A DNA stretch of 64,000 nt from Oscillospiraceae bacterium. GTDB lineage: Bacteria; Bacillota; Clostridia; Oscillospirales; Ruminococcaceae. The stretch lies in assembly GCA_022788225.1 (NCBI GenBank), contig JALEVO010000159.1:54428-118427 (forward strand). Reading direction: 5' to 3'. Shown here one piece after another: positions 9,463-21,714 of the stretch. A program made the position numbers and the translations under genes. A model generated the notes under the pieces. It did no database searches. It saw only the letters and a list, made by a program, of their open reading frames with translations, and was not told where the DNA came from. Numbering within the stretch: position 1 is the stretch's first letter; every line of letters starts with the position of its first letter.

Positions 9463-11138
9463 ATGAAAATATCCGGTTCACAGATTATAATTGAGGTTCT
9501 GCTTGAACAGGGCTGTGACTGCATTTTCGGTTATCCGGGCGGTCAGGTTATAAACATTTATGACGCCCTCTATCAGAATCAGGACCGCATTAAGCATATC
9601 ATTACTGCTCACGAGCAGGGCGCTGCCCATGCCGCAGACGGCTACGCAAGAGCCACAGGCAAGACTGGTGTTGTACTTGCAACTTCCGGTCCGGGAGCGA
9701 CAAACCTTGTAACAGGTATCGCAACAGCATACCTTGACTCCGTTCCTATAGTTGCCATTACAGGAAATGTACCGTGCAGTCTGCTGGGACGTGACAGCTT
9801 TCAGGAGGTTGACATCTGCGGAGTTACCCTCCCTATCACAAAGCACAATTACATTGTAAAGGACGTAAACGACCTTGCTGATACTCTCAGAGAAGCTTTC
9901 AGAATTGCAAAGTCAGGCCGTCCGGGACCAGTTCTTGTGGACATTCCAAAGGACGTTCAGATTGCTCAGACAGAGTTTGAAAGCAAAAAGCCGGAGCCGG
10001 AGTTTGAAAACCCCAAAGCCTGCGATGAACAGCTTAAAGCAGCTGCTGAATTGATTGCCGAAGCGCAGAAGCCTTATATCTACTGCGGCGGCGGTATAAT
10101 TTCCGGTGACGCTGAAAAAGAGGTTATGGAGTTTGCAGAGCTTATCGACGCTCCGATTGGGTGCAGTATGATGGGCGTTTCAGCTATTCCGTGCTCAAAT
10201 CCGAGATTCCTTGGCATGCAGGGAATGCACGGTCACTATGCGTCCTCAATGGCACAGGCTGAAGCTGACCTTGTAATCGCAGTAGGCGCAAGATTCAGCG
10301 ACAGAGCCACAGGAAACAAGCAGGTTTATGTAAGAAACTGCAATATCATACATATAGATGTGGATGATGCCGAGATTGACAAGAACATCACAAGCCATCT
10401 GGGAATAAACGGCGATGTAAAGGAAACCCTTGCAAAGCTCAATACCATGCTTTCAAAACAGAGCCACCCTGCATGGACTGCCGAAATCGAACAGCTTAAG
10501 GCAAAAGAAGCCGGAATGGTTCAGAAGTCGGATGTCATGACACCTTATGACATTATTGAAACAGTTAACGCAAAAATGCCGGAGGACGCTGTTATCGCAA
10601 CAGACGTTGGCCAGCATCAGATGTGGGTTGCCCAGCACTATAAATTTGAAAAGCCGAGAACATTCATTTCAAGCGGCGGTTTGGGTACTATGGGCTTCGG
10701 ACTGGGCGCTGCAATCGGCGCATACACTGCGACTAAGAAACCGACAGTTTTATTCACAGGCGACGGCAGTTTCGGCATGAATTTACAGGAGCTTGCAACA
10801 GCCGTTTCAACCAATGCGCCGGTAATCGTTGTACTTATGAACAACGGCGTTTTGGGTATGGTAAGACAGTGGCAGACGCTGTTTTTCAACAAGCACTATT
10901 CTAACACAACTCTCTGCCGTCAGACAGATTTTGTAAAGCTTGCCGAGGCTTTCGGCGCACTGGGATTCCGTGCGGAAAACACAGCAGAGCTTTCAGACGC
11001 CCTTGACAAGGCTATCGAAGCAAAGCGTCCGGCAGTTATTGACTGCAAGATTGATATGGACGAATTTGTACTTCCGATGCTCCCTCCGGGCGGTTCAATT
11101 GACGATATCATAACAGAAATCCACGGAGGTGAGATCTG

Positions 11139-11139
<1 letters not shown>
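9463..11139 (+). CDS. ilvB: Acetolactate synthase large subunit
   Basis: IFGYPGG, AHEQGAAHAADGYAR, TSGPGATNLVTG, GDGSFGMN ThDP motif. Confidence 0.96.
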
Positions 11140-12706
<1,567 letters not shown>

Positions 12707-12770
12707 TTCACTTGCCGTATAATTTAATAAGTATCTCCGATTGTAAACGTAATCGGACTGTATGTATTTG

Positions 12771-12812
12771 CTGCTTTCCTGATTTACAAAGTCGGGAAAG
12801 CAGTTTGCGTTT
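12771..12812 (+). terminator. Hairpin/partial terminator between ilvC and ilvD
   Basis: CTGCTTTCCTGATT/AGTCGGGAAAGCAG followed by TTTGCGTTTT. Confidence 0.5.
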
Positions 12813-12848
12813 TAGACAATTTAATCTGAAAAAATGAGGTAAAGAAAA

Positions 12849-14510
12849 ATGGCTGAAAATTTTTTCTGTGACGGAGTTGAAATGGCTCCTCAGCGTTCAC
12901 TTTTCAACGCTCTGGGTATGACCCGTGAAGAAATGAAAAGACCGCTGGTTGGTATCGTTTCATCTTACAATGAGATTGTACCGGGTCACATGAACATAGA
13001 CAAAATCGTCGAGGCTGTTAAGCTCGGCGTTGCAATGGGCGGCGGTACTCCTGTAGTATTCCCTGCAATTGCAGTATGCGACGGTATCGCAATGGGACAC
13101 AAGGGCATGAAGTATTCTCTCGTTACCCGTGACCTTATCGCTGACTCAACAGAGTGCATGGCGCTGGCTCACCACTTTGACGCTCTCGTTATGGTACCAA
13201 ACTGCGACAAGAACGTTCCCGGACTGCTTATGGCAGCGGCAAGAGTTAACGTTCCTACTGTATTCGTAAGCGGCGGTCCTATGCTTGCAGGTCATGTAAA
13301 GGGCAAGAAAACAAGTCTTTCAAGTATGTTTGAAGCTGTCGGCGCATATTCTGCCGGCAAGGCTACTCTGGAGGACGTTGAGGAGTTTGAGAACAAGGCT
13401 TGTCCAACCTGCGGTTCATGCTCGGGTATGTACACTGCAAACTCCATGAACTGTCTGACAGAAGTTTTAGGTATGGGACTTCGTGGAAACGGTACAATTC
13501 CGGCTGTATACTCCGAGAGAATCAAGCTTGCAAAACAGGCTGGTATGGCTGTAATGGAACTGGTAAGAAAGAATATCCGTCCACGTGACATCATGACAGA
13601 AAAGGCATTCCACAACGCTCTTACAGCCGATATGGCTCTGGGCTGTTCAACTAACAGTATGCTCCATCTTCCGGCTATCGCAAACGAGTGCGGAATCACA
13701 ATAAATCTTGACATGGCAAACGAGATTAGTGCAAAGACTCCTAACCTCTGCCACCTTGCACCTGCCGGTCACACCTACATGGAAGACTTGAACGAAGCCG
13801 GCGGCGTTTATGCGGTACTTAACGAGCTGAACAAGAAGGGTCTTATCAACACTGATGTTATGACTGTAACTGGTCAGACACTTGGTGAAAACATCAAGGG
13901 CGTTGTAAACAGGAACCCTGAAATTATCAGAACTATCGACAATCCGTACAGCGAAACAGGTGGCATTGCGGTACTCAGAGGCAATCTTGCGCCGGACGGC
14001 TGTGTTGTAAAGAGAAGTGCTGTTGCACCGGAAATGCTGACACATTCTGGTCCGGCAAGAGTATTCAACAGCGAGGAAGAGGCTATCGAGGTAATCAGAG
14101 GCGGCGGTATCAAGGCTGGAGATGTTGTTGTTATTCGCTATGAGGGACCTGCCGGCGGTCCTGGCATGAGAGAAATGCTCTCACCGACTTCCGCTATTGC
14201 CGGAATGGGTCTTGACAAGGACGTTGCCCTTATTACTGACGGACGTTTCAGCGGTGCAACAAGAGGTGCGGCTATCGGTCACGTTTCTCCGGAGGCTGTA
14301 AGCGGCGGCAACATCGCATACGTTCAGGACGGCGACATTATCTCAATCGACATTCCGAACTACAAAATCACTCTCGAAGTTTCCGACGAGGAACTTACCG
14401 AGAGAAAGAAAAATACAAAGATTCTCGTAAAAGAGGGTATCACAGGCTACGCAAAGAGATATGCGGCTATGGTTTCCTCTGCGGATAAGGGCGCTATTAT
14501 TAATAAATAA
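12849..14510 (+). CDS. ilvD: Dihydroxy-acid dehydratase
   Basis: [55 protein letters not shown]. Confidence 0.97.
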   Translation: MAENFFCDGVEMAPQRSLFNALGMTREEMKRPLVGIVSSYNEIVPGHMNIDKIVEAVKLGVAMGGGTPVVFPAIAVCDGIAMGHKGMKYSLVTRDLIADSTECMALAHHFDALVMVPNCDKNVPGLLMAAARVNVPTVFVSGGPMLAGHVKGKKTSLSSMFEAVGAYSAGKATLEDVEEFENKACPTCGSCSGMYTANSMNCLTEVLGMGLRGNGTIPAVYSERIKLAKQAGMAVMELVRKNIRPRDIMTEKAFHNALTADMALGCSTNSMLHLPAIANECGITINLDMANEISAKTPNLCHLAPAGHTYMEDLNEAGGVYAVLNELNKKGLINTDVMTVTGQTLGENIKGVVNRNPEIIRTIDNPYSETGGIAVLRGNLAPDGCVVKRSAVAPEMLTHSGPARVFNSEEEAIEVIRGGGIKAGDVVVIRYEGPAGGPGMREMLSPTSAIAGMGLDKDVALITDGRFSGATRGAAIGHVSPEAVSGGNIAYVQDGDIISIDIPNYKITLEVSDEELTERKKNTKILVKEGITGYAKRYAAMVSSADKGAIINK

Positions 14511-14545
14511 GCGGAATTTACGGCAGCTGTATGTGTAACCTTATT

Positions 14546-14706
14546 GAGGGAAACCCTTTTGAAAAAGGGTTCTCCCTCAAACTCCCTTCCTAAAACTTTA
14601 ACCTATTTTTTCTCATAGGGGCACAGCCCCTATGAGAAAAAATGAATCAAAATTCTTTGGAAAGGGGTCTGGGGAAGAACCATTCCTCAGAAAGGTTTGC
14701 CCCAGC
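14546..14706. repeat. Nested palindromic intergenic element
   Basis: GAGGGAAACCCTTTTGAAAAAGGGTTCTCCCTC hairpin, central TTTTTTCTCATAGGGG-CACAG-CCCCTATGAGAAAAAA, terminal GGGGAAGAACC..GGTTTGCCCC hairpin. Confidence 0.7.
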
Positions 14707-14769
14707 AGGGTTGCGTATATACTGCCGCAAATTCCTATTTTTACAATAAATCTGAAAGGAATGATATAA

Positions 14770-16032
14770 ATGGGCATGACAATGACGCAGAAAATACTTG
14801 CGGCTCATGCAGGACTGGACAAGGTTGAGGCTGGACAGTTAATCTTAGTAAACCTCGATTTAGTCCTCGGCAACGATATTACCTCTCCGGTTGCCATAAA
14901 GGAATTCAACAAGCTGGGCGCTGAAAACGTCTTTGACAAGGACAAGGTTACAATGGTTATGGACCACTTTGCTCCTAACAAGGACATCAAGGCGGCTGAA
15001 CAGTGTAAAATGTGCCGTGACTTCTGCGGTGAAAAGGACATTACAAACTTCTACGACGTAGGCGAAATGGGTATCGAACACGCTCTGCTCCCGGAAAAAG
15101 GACTTGTTGTTTCGGGTGACGCAGTAATCGGTGCGGACTCACACACCTGTACATACGGCGCACTGGGCGCATTCTCAACAGGCGTTGGCTCAACTGATAT
15201 GGCTTGCGGCATGGCAACAGGCAAGGCTTGGTTCAAAGTACCATCCGCTATCAAGTTTGAACTGAAAGGCAAGCTTAACAAGTACGTTACCGGCAAGGAC
15301 GTAATACTCCACATTATCGGCATGATTGGTGTTGACGGTGCGCTTTACCGTTCAATGGAATTTACCGGCGAGGGACTTTCCTCACTCTCCGTAAGTGACA
15401 GACTGTGCATGGCTAACATGGCTATTGAAGCTGGTGCTAAAAACGGTATCTTTGAGGTTGACGACAAGACTATTGAATACGTCAAGGAACACAGCAACAG
15501 AGAACCAAAGGTTTACAAGGCTGACCCAGACGCACAGTACGACGAAACCTACGTTATTGATTTAAGCGAAATCAAGCCGACTGTTTCTTTCCCGCATCTG
15601 CCGGAAAACACACATACAGTTGACGAAATTGATGATATAAAAATCGACCAGGTTGTAATTGGTTCATGCACAAACGGCAGACTTGAGGACTTACAGCTTG
15701 CCGCTGAGATTTTAAAGGGCAAAAAGGTTGCTAAAAATGTAAGAACAATCATCATTCCGGCAACACAGAAAATTTACCTTGAAGCTATGGAACAGGGACT
15801 TCTGAAAATCTTCATCGAGGCGGGAGCAGTTGTTTCAACTCCGACCTGCGGACCGTGCCTTGGCGGCTACATGGGTATTCTGGCAGAGGGTGAAAGAGCC
15901 GTTGCAACAACAAACAGAAACTTTGTAGGCAGAATGGGACATGTTGATTCCGAAATTTACCTTGCAAGTCCGGCTGTTGCGGCAGCGTCGGCTATTGCAG
16001 GAAAAATTGCAGAGCCAAAGGAGGTAATGTAA
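14770..16032 (+). CDS. leuC: 3-isopropylmalate dehydratase large subunit
   Basis: [37 protein letters not shown]. Confidence 0.95.
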   Translation: MGMTMTQKILAAHAGLDKVEAGQLILVNLDLVLGNDITSPVAIKEFNKLGAENVFDKDKVTMVMDHFAPNKDIKAAEQCKMCRDFCGEKDITNFYDVGEMGIEHALLPEKGLVVSGDAVIGADSHTCTYGALGAFSTGVGSTDMACGMATGKAWFKVPSAIKFELKGKLNKYVTGKDVILHIIGMIGVDGALYRSMEFTGEGLSSLSVSDRLCMANMAIEAGAKNGIFEVDDKTIEYVKEHSNREPKVYKADPDAQYDETYVIDLSEIKPTVSFPHLPENTHTVDEIDDIKIDQVVIGSCTNGRLEDLQLAAEILKGKKVAKNVRTIIIPATQKIYLEAMEQGLLKIFIEAGAVVSTPTCGPCLGGYMGILAEGERAVATTNRNFVGRMGHVDSEIYLASPAVAAASAIAGKIAEPKEVM

Positions 16033-16033
16033 G

Positions 16034-16528
16034 ATGGTTTTTGAGGGTAAGGTTATAAAATACGGCGACAACGTTGACACAGACGTTATCATTCCGGCAA
16101 GATACCTGAACACAAGTGACAAGAAAGAGCTTGCCTCCCACTGCATGGAGGACTTAGACGCTACTTTTGCCGGACGTGTCCAGAACGGCGACATCATGGT
16201 TGCCGGCTTTAACTTCGGCTGCGGTTCTTCCCGTGAACACGCTCCTATTGCTATCAAGGAAAGCGGTATTTCTCTGGTTATTGCAAAAAGCTTTGCAAGA
16301 ATTTTCTACAGAAATTCAATCAACATCGGTCTTGCGATTTTAGAGTGTCCGGAGGCTGTTGACGCTATCGAAGAGGGACACACAGTCGAGGCAGACCTTG
16401 ACAAGGGCGTTATCACTGACAAGACAACAGGAAAGCAGTTCAGGACAGAGCCGTTCCCGGAGTTTATCCAGTCCATTATCACCAACGGCGGACTGGTTGA
16501 GTCAATCAAAAACGGCAGCTTTAAATAA
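16034..16528 (+). CDS. leuD: 3-isopropylmalate dehydratase small subunit
   Basis: [31 protein letters not shown]. Confidence 0.95.
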   Translation: MVFEGKVIKYGDNVDTDVIIPARYLNTSDKKELASHCMEDLDATFAGRVQNGDIMVAGFNFGCGSSREHAPIAIKESGISLVIAKSFARIFYRNSINIGLAILECPEAVDAIEEGHTVEADLDKGVITDKTTGKQFRTEPFPEFIQSIITNGGLVESIKNGSFK

Positions 16529-16540
16529 GGAGTAACAACA

Positions 16541-17614
16541 ATGGAATTTAATATAGCATTGCTCAGAGGCGACGGTATTGGTCCGGAAATCGTGGACAGC
16601 GCCGTTGAGATTCTGAAAAAAACAGCAGACAAGTTCGGACACAAATTCAACTTCACCCCTTACCTCATAGGTGGTGCGGCTATTGATGCAACAGGCAAGC
16701 CACTGCCGGAGGAAACAGTAAAGGGCTGTCTTGCAAGTGACAGTGTGCTGCTTGGTGCAGTAGGCGGTCCTAAGTGGGATAATCTGCCGGGTGACCAGCG
16801 TCCGGAAAAGGCTCTTTTAGGTATCCGTGCGGCACTGGAGCTTTTCACAAACCTGCGCCCTGCAAAGCTTTACAAGGCTTTAAAGGACGAGTGTCCGCTT
16901 CGCCCTGATATCGTTGCAAACGGCTTTGACCTTATGATGGTAAGAGAACTGACAGGCGGTATCTACTTCGGCGAAAGAGGAAGAAGAGAGGGCAAGTACG
17001 GCGAAGAGGCTTACGATACAGAGTGTTACAGCAAAATGGAAATCGAGCGTATCGCAAAGGTTGCCTTTGAAACTGCAAGAAAGAGAAACAAGAACGTTAT
17101 CAGCATAGACAAGGCTAACGTTCTCGAAAGCTCACGTCTGTGGAGAGCAACAGTTCACGAAATCGCAAAGGACTATCCGGACGTAACCTGCACAGATATG
17201 CTGGTTGACAATGCGGCTATGCAGCTGGTTAAAAATCCGGCACAGTTTGACGTTGTTGTAACTTCAAATATGTTCGGCGATATCCTGTCAGACGAGTCCT
17301 CACAGATCACAGGTTCAATCGGTATGCTTCCGTCAGCGTCACTGGGTTCAACAAAGAGAGGTATGTACGAGCCTATCCACGGTTCTGCTCCTGACATTGC
17401 CGGACAGAACAAGGCAAATCCTATTGCTACAATCCTTTCAGCCTCAATGATGCTCAGATACTCTTTCGACCTTGACAAGGAAGCAGACGCTATTGACGCG
17501 GCTGTTGACAGATTCCTTGAAGAGGGCTACAGAACTGCTGACCTCGTTGGAAACACTGGCGTTAAGCCGCTTTCAACAACCGAGGTAACAGAAAAGATTT
17601 TAGAGTTTATCTAA
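16541..17614 (+). CDS. leuB: 3-isopropylmalate dehydrogenase
   Basis: [49 protein letters not shown]. Confidence 0.97.
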   Translation: MEFNIALLRGDGIGPEIVDSAVEILKKTADKFGHKFNFTPYLIGGAAIDATGKPLPEETVKGCLASDSVLLGAVGGPKWDNLPGDQRPEKALLGIRAALELFTNLRPAKLYKALKDECPLRPDIVANGFDLMMVRELTGGIYFGERGRREGKYGEEAYDTECYSKMEIERIAKVAFETARKRNKNVISIDKANVLESSRLWRATVHEIAKDYPDVTCTDMLVDNAAMQLVKNPAQFDVVVTSNMFGDILSDESSQITGSIGMLPSASLGSTKRGMYEPIHGSAPDIAGQNKANPIATILSASMMLRYSFDLDKEADAIDAAVDRFLEEGYRTADLVGNTGVKPLSTTEVTEKILEFI

Positions 17615-17629
17615 GAAGGTGCTTTTACC

Positions 17630-18835
17630 GTGAATGACAAATTGCAGGAGCTTCATTTCAAATTAAGCTCACTGGTTATTTTCAGGGATATTATGAACTG
17701 CCGCACCATGCAGAGTCTTGAAAAGCTTTTAAGCAGTTTTGATGATGATGACACAGCAACGCAGATTCAGGCGTATTCCGACTTTGTTTCAAACCTTTAC
17801 CGACACCACAATGATTTAAGCTCATACATTCTCACTCTCATTTTAGAGGACGAGAACATCTACATGATAAGAAAGGCGCATAAGCTTGAAATAAGTGATA
17901 AAATGCACGAATGTCTTGTAAATGAGCTTGAATCACTTCAGTCCATTGCTGAAATGACTTCGGAAATGGTGCGCAGAAACATAGCCTATGACGGCTTTCT
18001 GCCGGAATGGGACAACACTCCATACGATTTTAAGGCGGAGTATAAAAACAGAGTTGACAATATTGAGCGTTACGGCTACGGCATTTACGCAAAATATTAT
18101 ATGTTTATTGTCAAGGAAAGCAATATTGTGCCTGTCAAGTACCCTGACGAGATAAAGCTTTCACAGCTTATCGGCTACGAAAAACAGCGTCAGTTGATAA
18201 TCGACAACACGCTGGCGCTGATAAACGGCAAGCCTGCTTCAAATGTACTGCTGACAGGTGACGCCGGCACAGGCAAGTCCTCCTCAGTCAAGGCTATTGC
18301 CAACGAATTCCGTGACAGGGGACTGCGTATAATAGAGGTGCGCAAGGACCAGCTCCGGGATATTCCGGTAATAATCGACAATCTGAGCCGTAATCCGCTG
18401 AAATTTATCCTCTTTATCGACGACCTTTCCTTTGCGTCGGACGATGATAATTTCGGTGCGCTGAAAGCAATACTGGAAGGCTCTGTTTCGGCAAGGGCGG
18501 ACAATATTGCAATCTATGCCACAAGCAACAGGCGTCACCTTGTCAAGGAAAGCTTTTCCGACAGGGACGGCGACGATATGCACAGAAACGACACTGTTCA
18601 GGAGCTTGTCTCTCTTTCAGAGCGTTTCGGACTTAAAATTGCCTTTTCAAGACCTAACAAGGCGGAATACCTTGAAATTGTGTTCGGACTTGCAAAGCAG
18701 AACAAGCTTGATATGTCCGAGGAGGAACTTGAAAAGGAGGCGGAGCGTTACGCTGTTGGCAGGAGCGGACGTTCTGCAAGAGCTGCAAAGCAGTTTATTG
18801 ATAAAATGCTTACCTGCCATGACACACTGAATTAA
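17630..18835 (+). CDS. DUF815-type AAA+ ATPase
   Basis: Walker A GDAGTGKSS, Walker B FILFIDDLSF, YATSNRRHL, SLSERFG, RSARAAKQF. Confidence 0.85.
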   Translation: MNDKLQELHFKLSSLVIFRDIMNCRTMQSLEKLLSSFDDDDTATQIQAYSDFVSNLYRHHNDLSSYILTLILEDENIYMIRKAHKLEISDKMHECLVNELESLQSIAEMTSEMVRRNIAYDGFLPEWDNTPYDFKAEYKNRVDNIERYGYGIYAKYYMFIVKESNIVPVKYPDEIKLSQLIGYEKQRQLIIDNTLALINGKPASNVLLTGDAGTGKSSSVKAIANEFRDRGLRIIEVRKDQLRDIPVIIDNLSRNPLKFILFIDDLSFASDDDNFGALKAILEGSVSARADNIAIYATSNRRHLVKESFSDRDGDDMHRNDTVQELVSLSERFGLKIAFSRPNKAEYLEIVFGLAKQNKLDMSEEELEKEAERYAVGRSGRSARAAKQFIDKMLTCHDTLN

Positions 18836-19075
18836 AAGCTATGACGGGAACCTTTCCGGTTTACGGTCTTACAGAGAACCGCTCCCGGCTGAGAAACGGC
18901 GGACACGATTCCAGAATATTATCCTCCCTGAGCTGACGGCTGAACCCTCAGAAACCGTGTAAACAGGCTGCTGACGAATTAAGCCGCTCCGGTTTCCCCC
19001 GTTAAAAGGGAACGTATTGTCAGATACGATAAAGTATTGTTTTGGGGTGGTTAGCGGAGCATTTGCTTCGTCCCT
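18836..19075 (+). promoter_or_regulatory. T-box riboswitch, Ile specifier (AUC)
   Basis: AG box AGAGA and GCTGAGA apical motifs; GGGA/TCCC basal helix with ATC at 18921-18923; CCGTTA motif; GGGG-TGGT-TAG-CGG...TTCGTCCC antiterminator-like element. Confidence 0.8.
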
Positions 19076-19108
19076 GAAACGAAATTTAATGAAATGAGTG
19101 TATAAAAA

Positions 19109-20305
19109 ATGCTGACTCTTGATAAAATCTACCATGCAAGCTATGTGCTGAAAAATGTAATCAGAAAGACTGACCTTATCCATGCCCCGAAAATCAATCC
19201 GGAGAGCGAAATTTATCTGAAAACTGAAAATCTTCAGATAACCGGTTCATTTAAGGTAAGGGGCGCTTACTACAAAATTTCACAGCTGAGTGATGAGGAA
19301 AAGGCTAAGGGCGTTATTGCCTGCTCTGCCGGAAACCACGCTCAGGGCGTTGCTCTTGCTGCCGCAAAAAACGGTATCAAATCACTGATTTGTCTGCCGG
19401 ACGGCGCACCTATCTCCAAGGTTGAGGCAACCAAAAGCTACGGAGCAGACGTATGCTTAGTCGAGGGCGTTTATGATGACGCATACAACAAAGCGCTCCA
19501 GCTTAAAGACGAAAAGGGATATACTTTCATTCACCCATTTGATGATGAAAATGTTATTGCAGGACAGGGTACTATCGGTCTTGAACTTTTAGACCAGCTG
19601 CCGGATATCGACGCTATAATCGTTCCTATCGGCGGCGGCGGACTTATCTCAGGCGTTGCGTTTGCGGCAAAGCAGCTGAAACCGGACATCAAAATCTACG
19701 GCGTTCAGGCAAGCGGTGCGCCGAGCATGGTAGTTTCTATGGAAAGCGGAAAAATTGAGTGCCTTGATGACGTTTCCACAATTGCGGACGGTATCAAGGT
19801 TAAGGAACCGGGCGTGAACACATTTGATTTCTGCCAGAAATATGTTGATGAGATTGTAACAGTAACCGATGACGAAATTTCATCAGCTATACTTGCCCTT
19901 ATTGAACAGCACAAGCTTATTGCCGAGGGTGCGGGAGCAGTTTCCGTTGCGGCAGCTATGTTCAACAAAGTACCGATAAAGGGCAAGAGGACTGTTTGTC
20001 TTGTTTCCGGCGGTAACATTGACGTTACGATTCTTTCAAGAGTTATTAAGAGAGGTCTTCTGAAATCAGGACGTTCAGACTCCATAAATATTGAGCTGAT
20101 GGATAAGCCGGGACAGCTGCGTGACGTTTCAAGAATCATTGCAGAGCTTGGCGGAAATGTTGTTGCCATTCACCATGAGAGAGCGAGTGAAGGCTCTGAC
20201 ATCAACGGCTGTTATTTAAGAATCGTTCTGGAAACAAGAAACTTCGAGCACAAAATGACTATCAGAAAAGCCCTTGCAGACGCAGGTTTCAAGATAGTTG
20301 AATAA
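19109..20305 (+). CDS. ilvA: Threonine ammonia-lyase with C-terminal ACT domain
   Basis: KTENLQITGSFKVRGA PLP lysine, SAGNHAQG, GGGGL, SGGN. Confidence 0.95.
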   Translation: MLTLDKIYHASYVLKNVIRKTDLIHAPKINPESEIYLKTENLQITGSFKVRGAYYKISQLSDEEKAKGVIACSAGNHAQGVALAAAKNGIKSLICLPDGAPISKVEATKSYGADVCLVEGVYDDAYNKALQLKDEKGYTFIHPFDDENVIAGQGTIGLELLDQLPDIDAIIVPIGGGGLISGVAFAAKQLKPDIKIYGVQASGAPSMVVSMESGKIECLDDVSTIADGIKVKEPGVNTFDFCQKYVDEIVTVTDDEISSAILALIEQHKLIAEGAGAVSVAAAMFNKVPIKGKRTVCLVSGGNIDVTILSRVIKRGLLKSGRSDSINIELMDKPGQLRDVSRIIAELGGNVVAIHHERASEGSDINGCYLRIVLETRNFEHKMTIRKALADAGFKIVE

Positions 20306-20318
20306 GGAGGAAATTATC

Positions 20319-20693
20319 ATGTCAAAAACAATTTACACACCGGACGCACCGGAAGCATTAGGACCATATTCACAGGCTGTTGTTACAGGCGGACTGGTTT
20401 ATACTTCCGGTCAGATTGCGATAAATCCGGCAACAAATGAAATCGAGGCACAGGACATTGAGGGACAGACAACACAGGTTATGAAGAATCTGGGAGCAGT
20501 ACTCAAGGAGGCTGGTTCTTCCTTTGAAAAGGCTGTAAAGACAACCTGTTTCCTTAGAAATATGTCTGATTTTGCGTCATTCAACAAGATCTACGGCGAA
20601 TATTTTACATCAAAGCCGGCAAGAAGCTGTGTAGCAGTAAGAGAACTGCCGAAGGGCGTGCTTGTTGAGGTTGAGGTTATTGCAGAGGTATAA
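20319..20693 (+). CDS. ridA: Rid (YjgF/UK114) enamine/imine deaminase
   Basis: APEALGPYSQA, SGQI, KPARSCVAV..LPKGVLVEVE; ATG 20319 after AGGAGG. Confidence 0.9.
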   Translation: MSKTIYTPDAPEALGPYSQAVVTGGLVYTSGQIAINPATNEIEAQDIEGQTTQVMKNLGAVLKEAGSSFEKAVKTTCFLRNMSDFASFNKIYGEYFTSKPARSCVAVRELPKGVLVEVEVIAEV

Positions 20694-20724
20694 AAGCAAA
20701 ACTATGCCCGCCGAAGGTTGAATC

Positions 20725-21257
20725 AAAAGTTTCGCCAGCCTTTTCAAAGGCTGCAGGGGTTCAAAGGGGACGGCGATCCCCTTGTCGCCCTCCGCAGAGG
20801 GCGAAACTCTCTAAAGCCGCCGTTCTTTGTGCAAAAATACGTTAACTTTACAACACAATTAAACTAAGAAAAATCCAAATTACCCACGGCGGCTTTGTCA
20901 TTCAACAGCGACAGCGCATTGAATGACCGCCGACAGGCGAGAAAAACTAACGATGCGAAAAAAGTAACCCTCTGAGAAATTATCAGAGGGTTGTCTGTTT
21001 ATATTCTTAGATTTTACTTGATTCATACCGTCAGTTTTTCGCCGCCTGACGGCGGTTCATTTAATTCGCTGTGCTCTTAAATGAAAAAGCCGCCGTGAGT
21101 AATTTGAATTTTGGTTATTTCCCTTTGACTGAAAGTTTGCATGGTTTTGCTTTCTATAAGCGGCGGCTTTTAAGGAGTTTCGCTGTCTGCGGACAGCGAC
21201 AAGAGGGCTCTGCCCTCGTTGACTCCCGCAGCCTTTGAAAAGGCTGGCGAAACTTTT
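20725..21257. repeat. ~530 bp imperfect palindrome (inverted pair of a ~230 bp multi-hairpin repeat)
   Basis: AAAAGTTTCGCCAGCCTTTTCAAAGGCTGC (20725-20754) exactly inverted at 21228-21257; inner arms also complementary. Confidence 0.85.
20958..20992. terminator. Terminator at centre of the palindrome between convergent ridA and spoVS
   Basis: AACCCTCTGA/TCAGAGGGTT stem preceded by an A-run. Confidence 0.6.
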
Positions 21258-21329
21258 GCCTCTGGTGCGGCAGCTCCTGTGGAGTCCGGCATATACAAAA
21301 AAAACGGCGGAAAACTCCGCCGCTTTTAT

Positions 21330-21590
21330 TTATCTCTGTTCGCAAATAAGCTTGATAGCTGTTCTCTCTTCGCCGTCAATCTGAATGTTGGCAAACGCCG
21401 GAATGCAAATCAAATCAACGCCGATTGGTGCCAGATAACCTCTGGCAATTGCGATTGACTTTATTGCCTGATTAGCGGCTCCGGCTCCGACTGCCTGAAC
21501 CTCAACTGCTTTCTGTTCACGAATTACTCCTGCGATTGCTCCTGCAACTGAATTAGGAGAGGAGTGTGATGAAACCTTTAAAATTTCCAT
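21330..21590 (-). CDS. spoVS: Stage V sporulation protein S
   Basis: MEILKVSSHSSPNSVAGAIAG...AVGAGAANQAIKSIAIARGY; ATG 21590 after GGAGG. Confidence 0.93.
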   Translation of the reverse strand: MEILKVSSHSSPNSVAGAIAGVIREQKAVEVQAVGAGAANQAIKSIAIARGYLAPIGVDLICIPAFANIQIDGEERTAIKLICEQR

Positions 21591-21714
21591 TGTTTTGACC
21601 TCCATGAAAAATTAGCGATGTTAAATTTTAACTGCATATAACGTTGATTTTAATATAGTTTCATTATACAACATCATGATTTTTTTTTCAATAGGCAGAT
21701 TTGAAAATTGTGAA

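Noticed and set aside
18869-19183. 104-aa minus-strand ORF
   Set aside because: Antisense to the T-box leader and ilvA start
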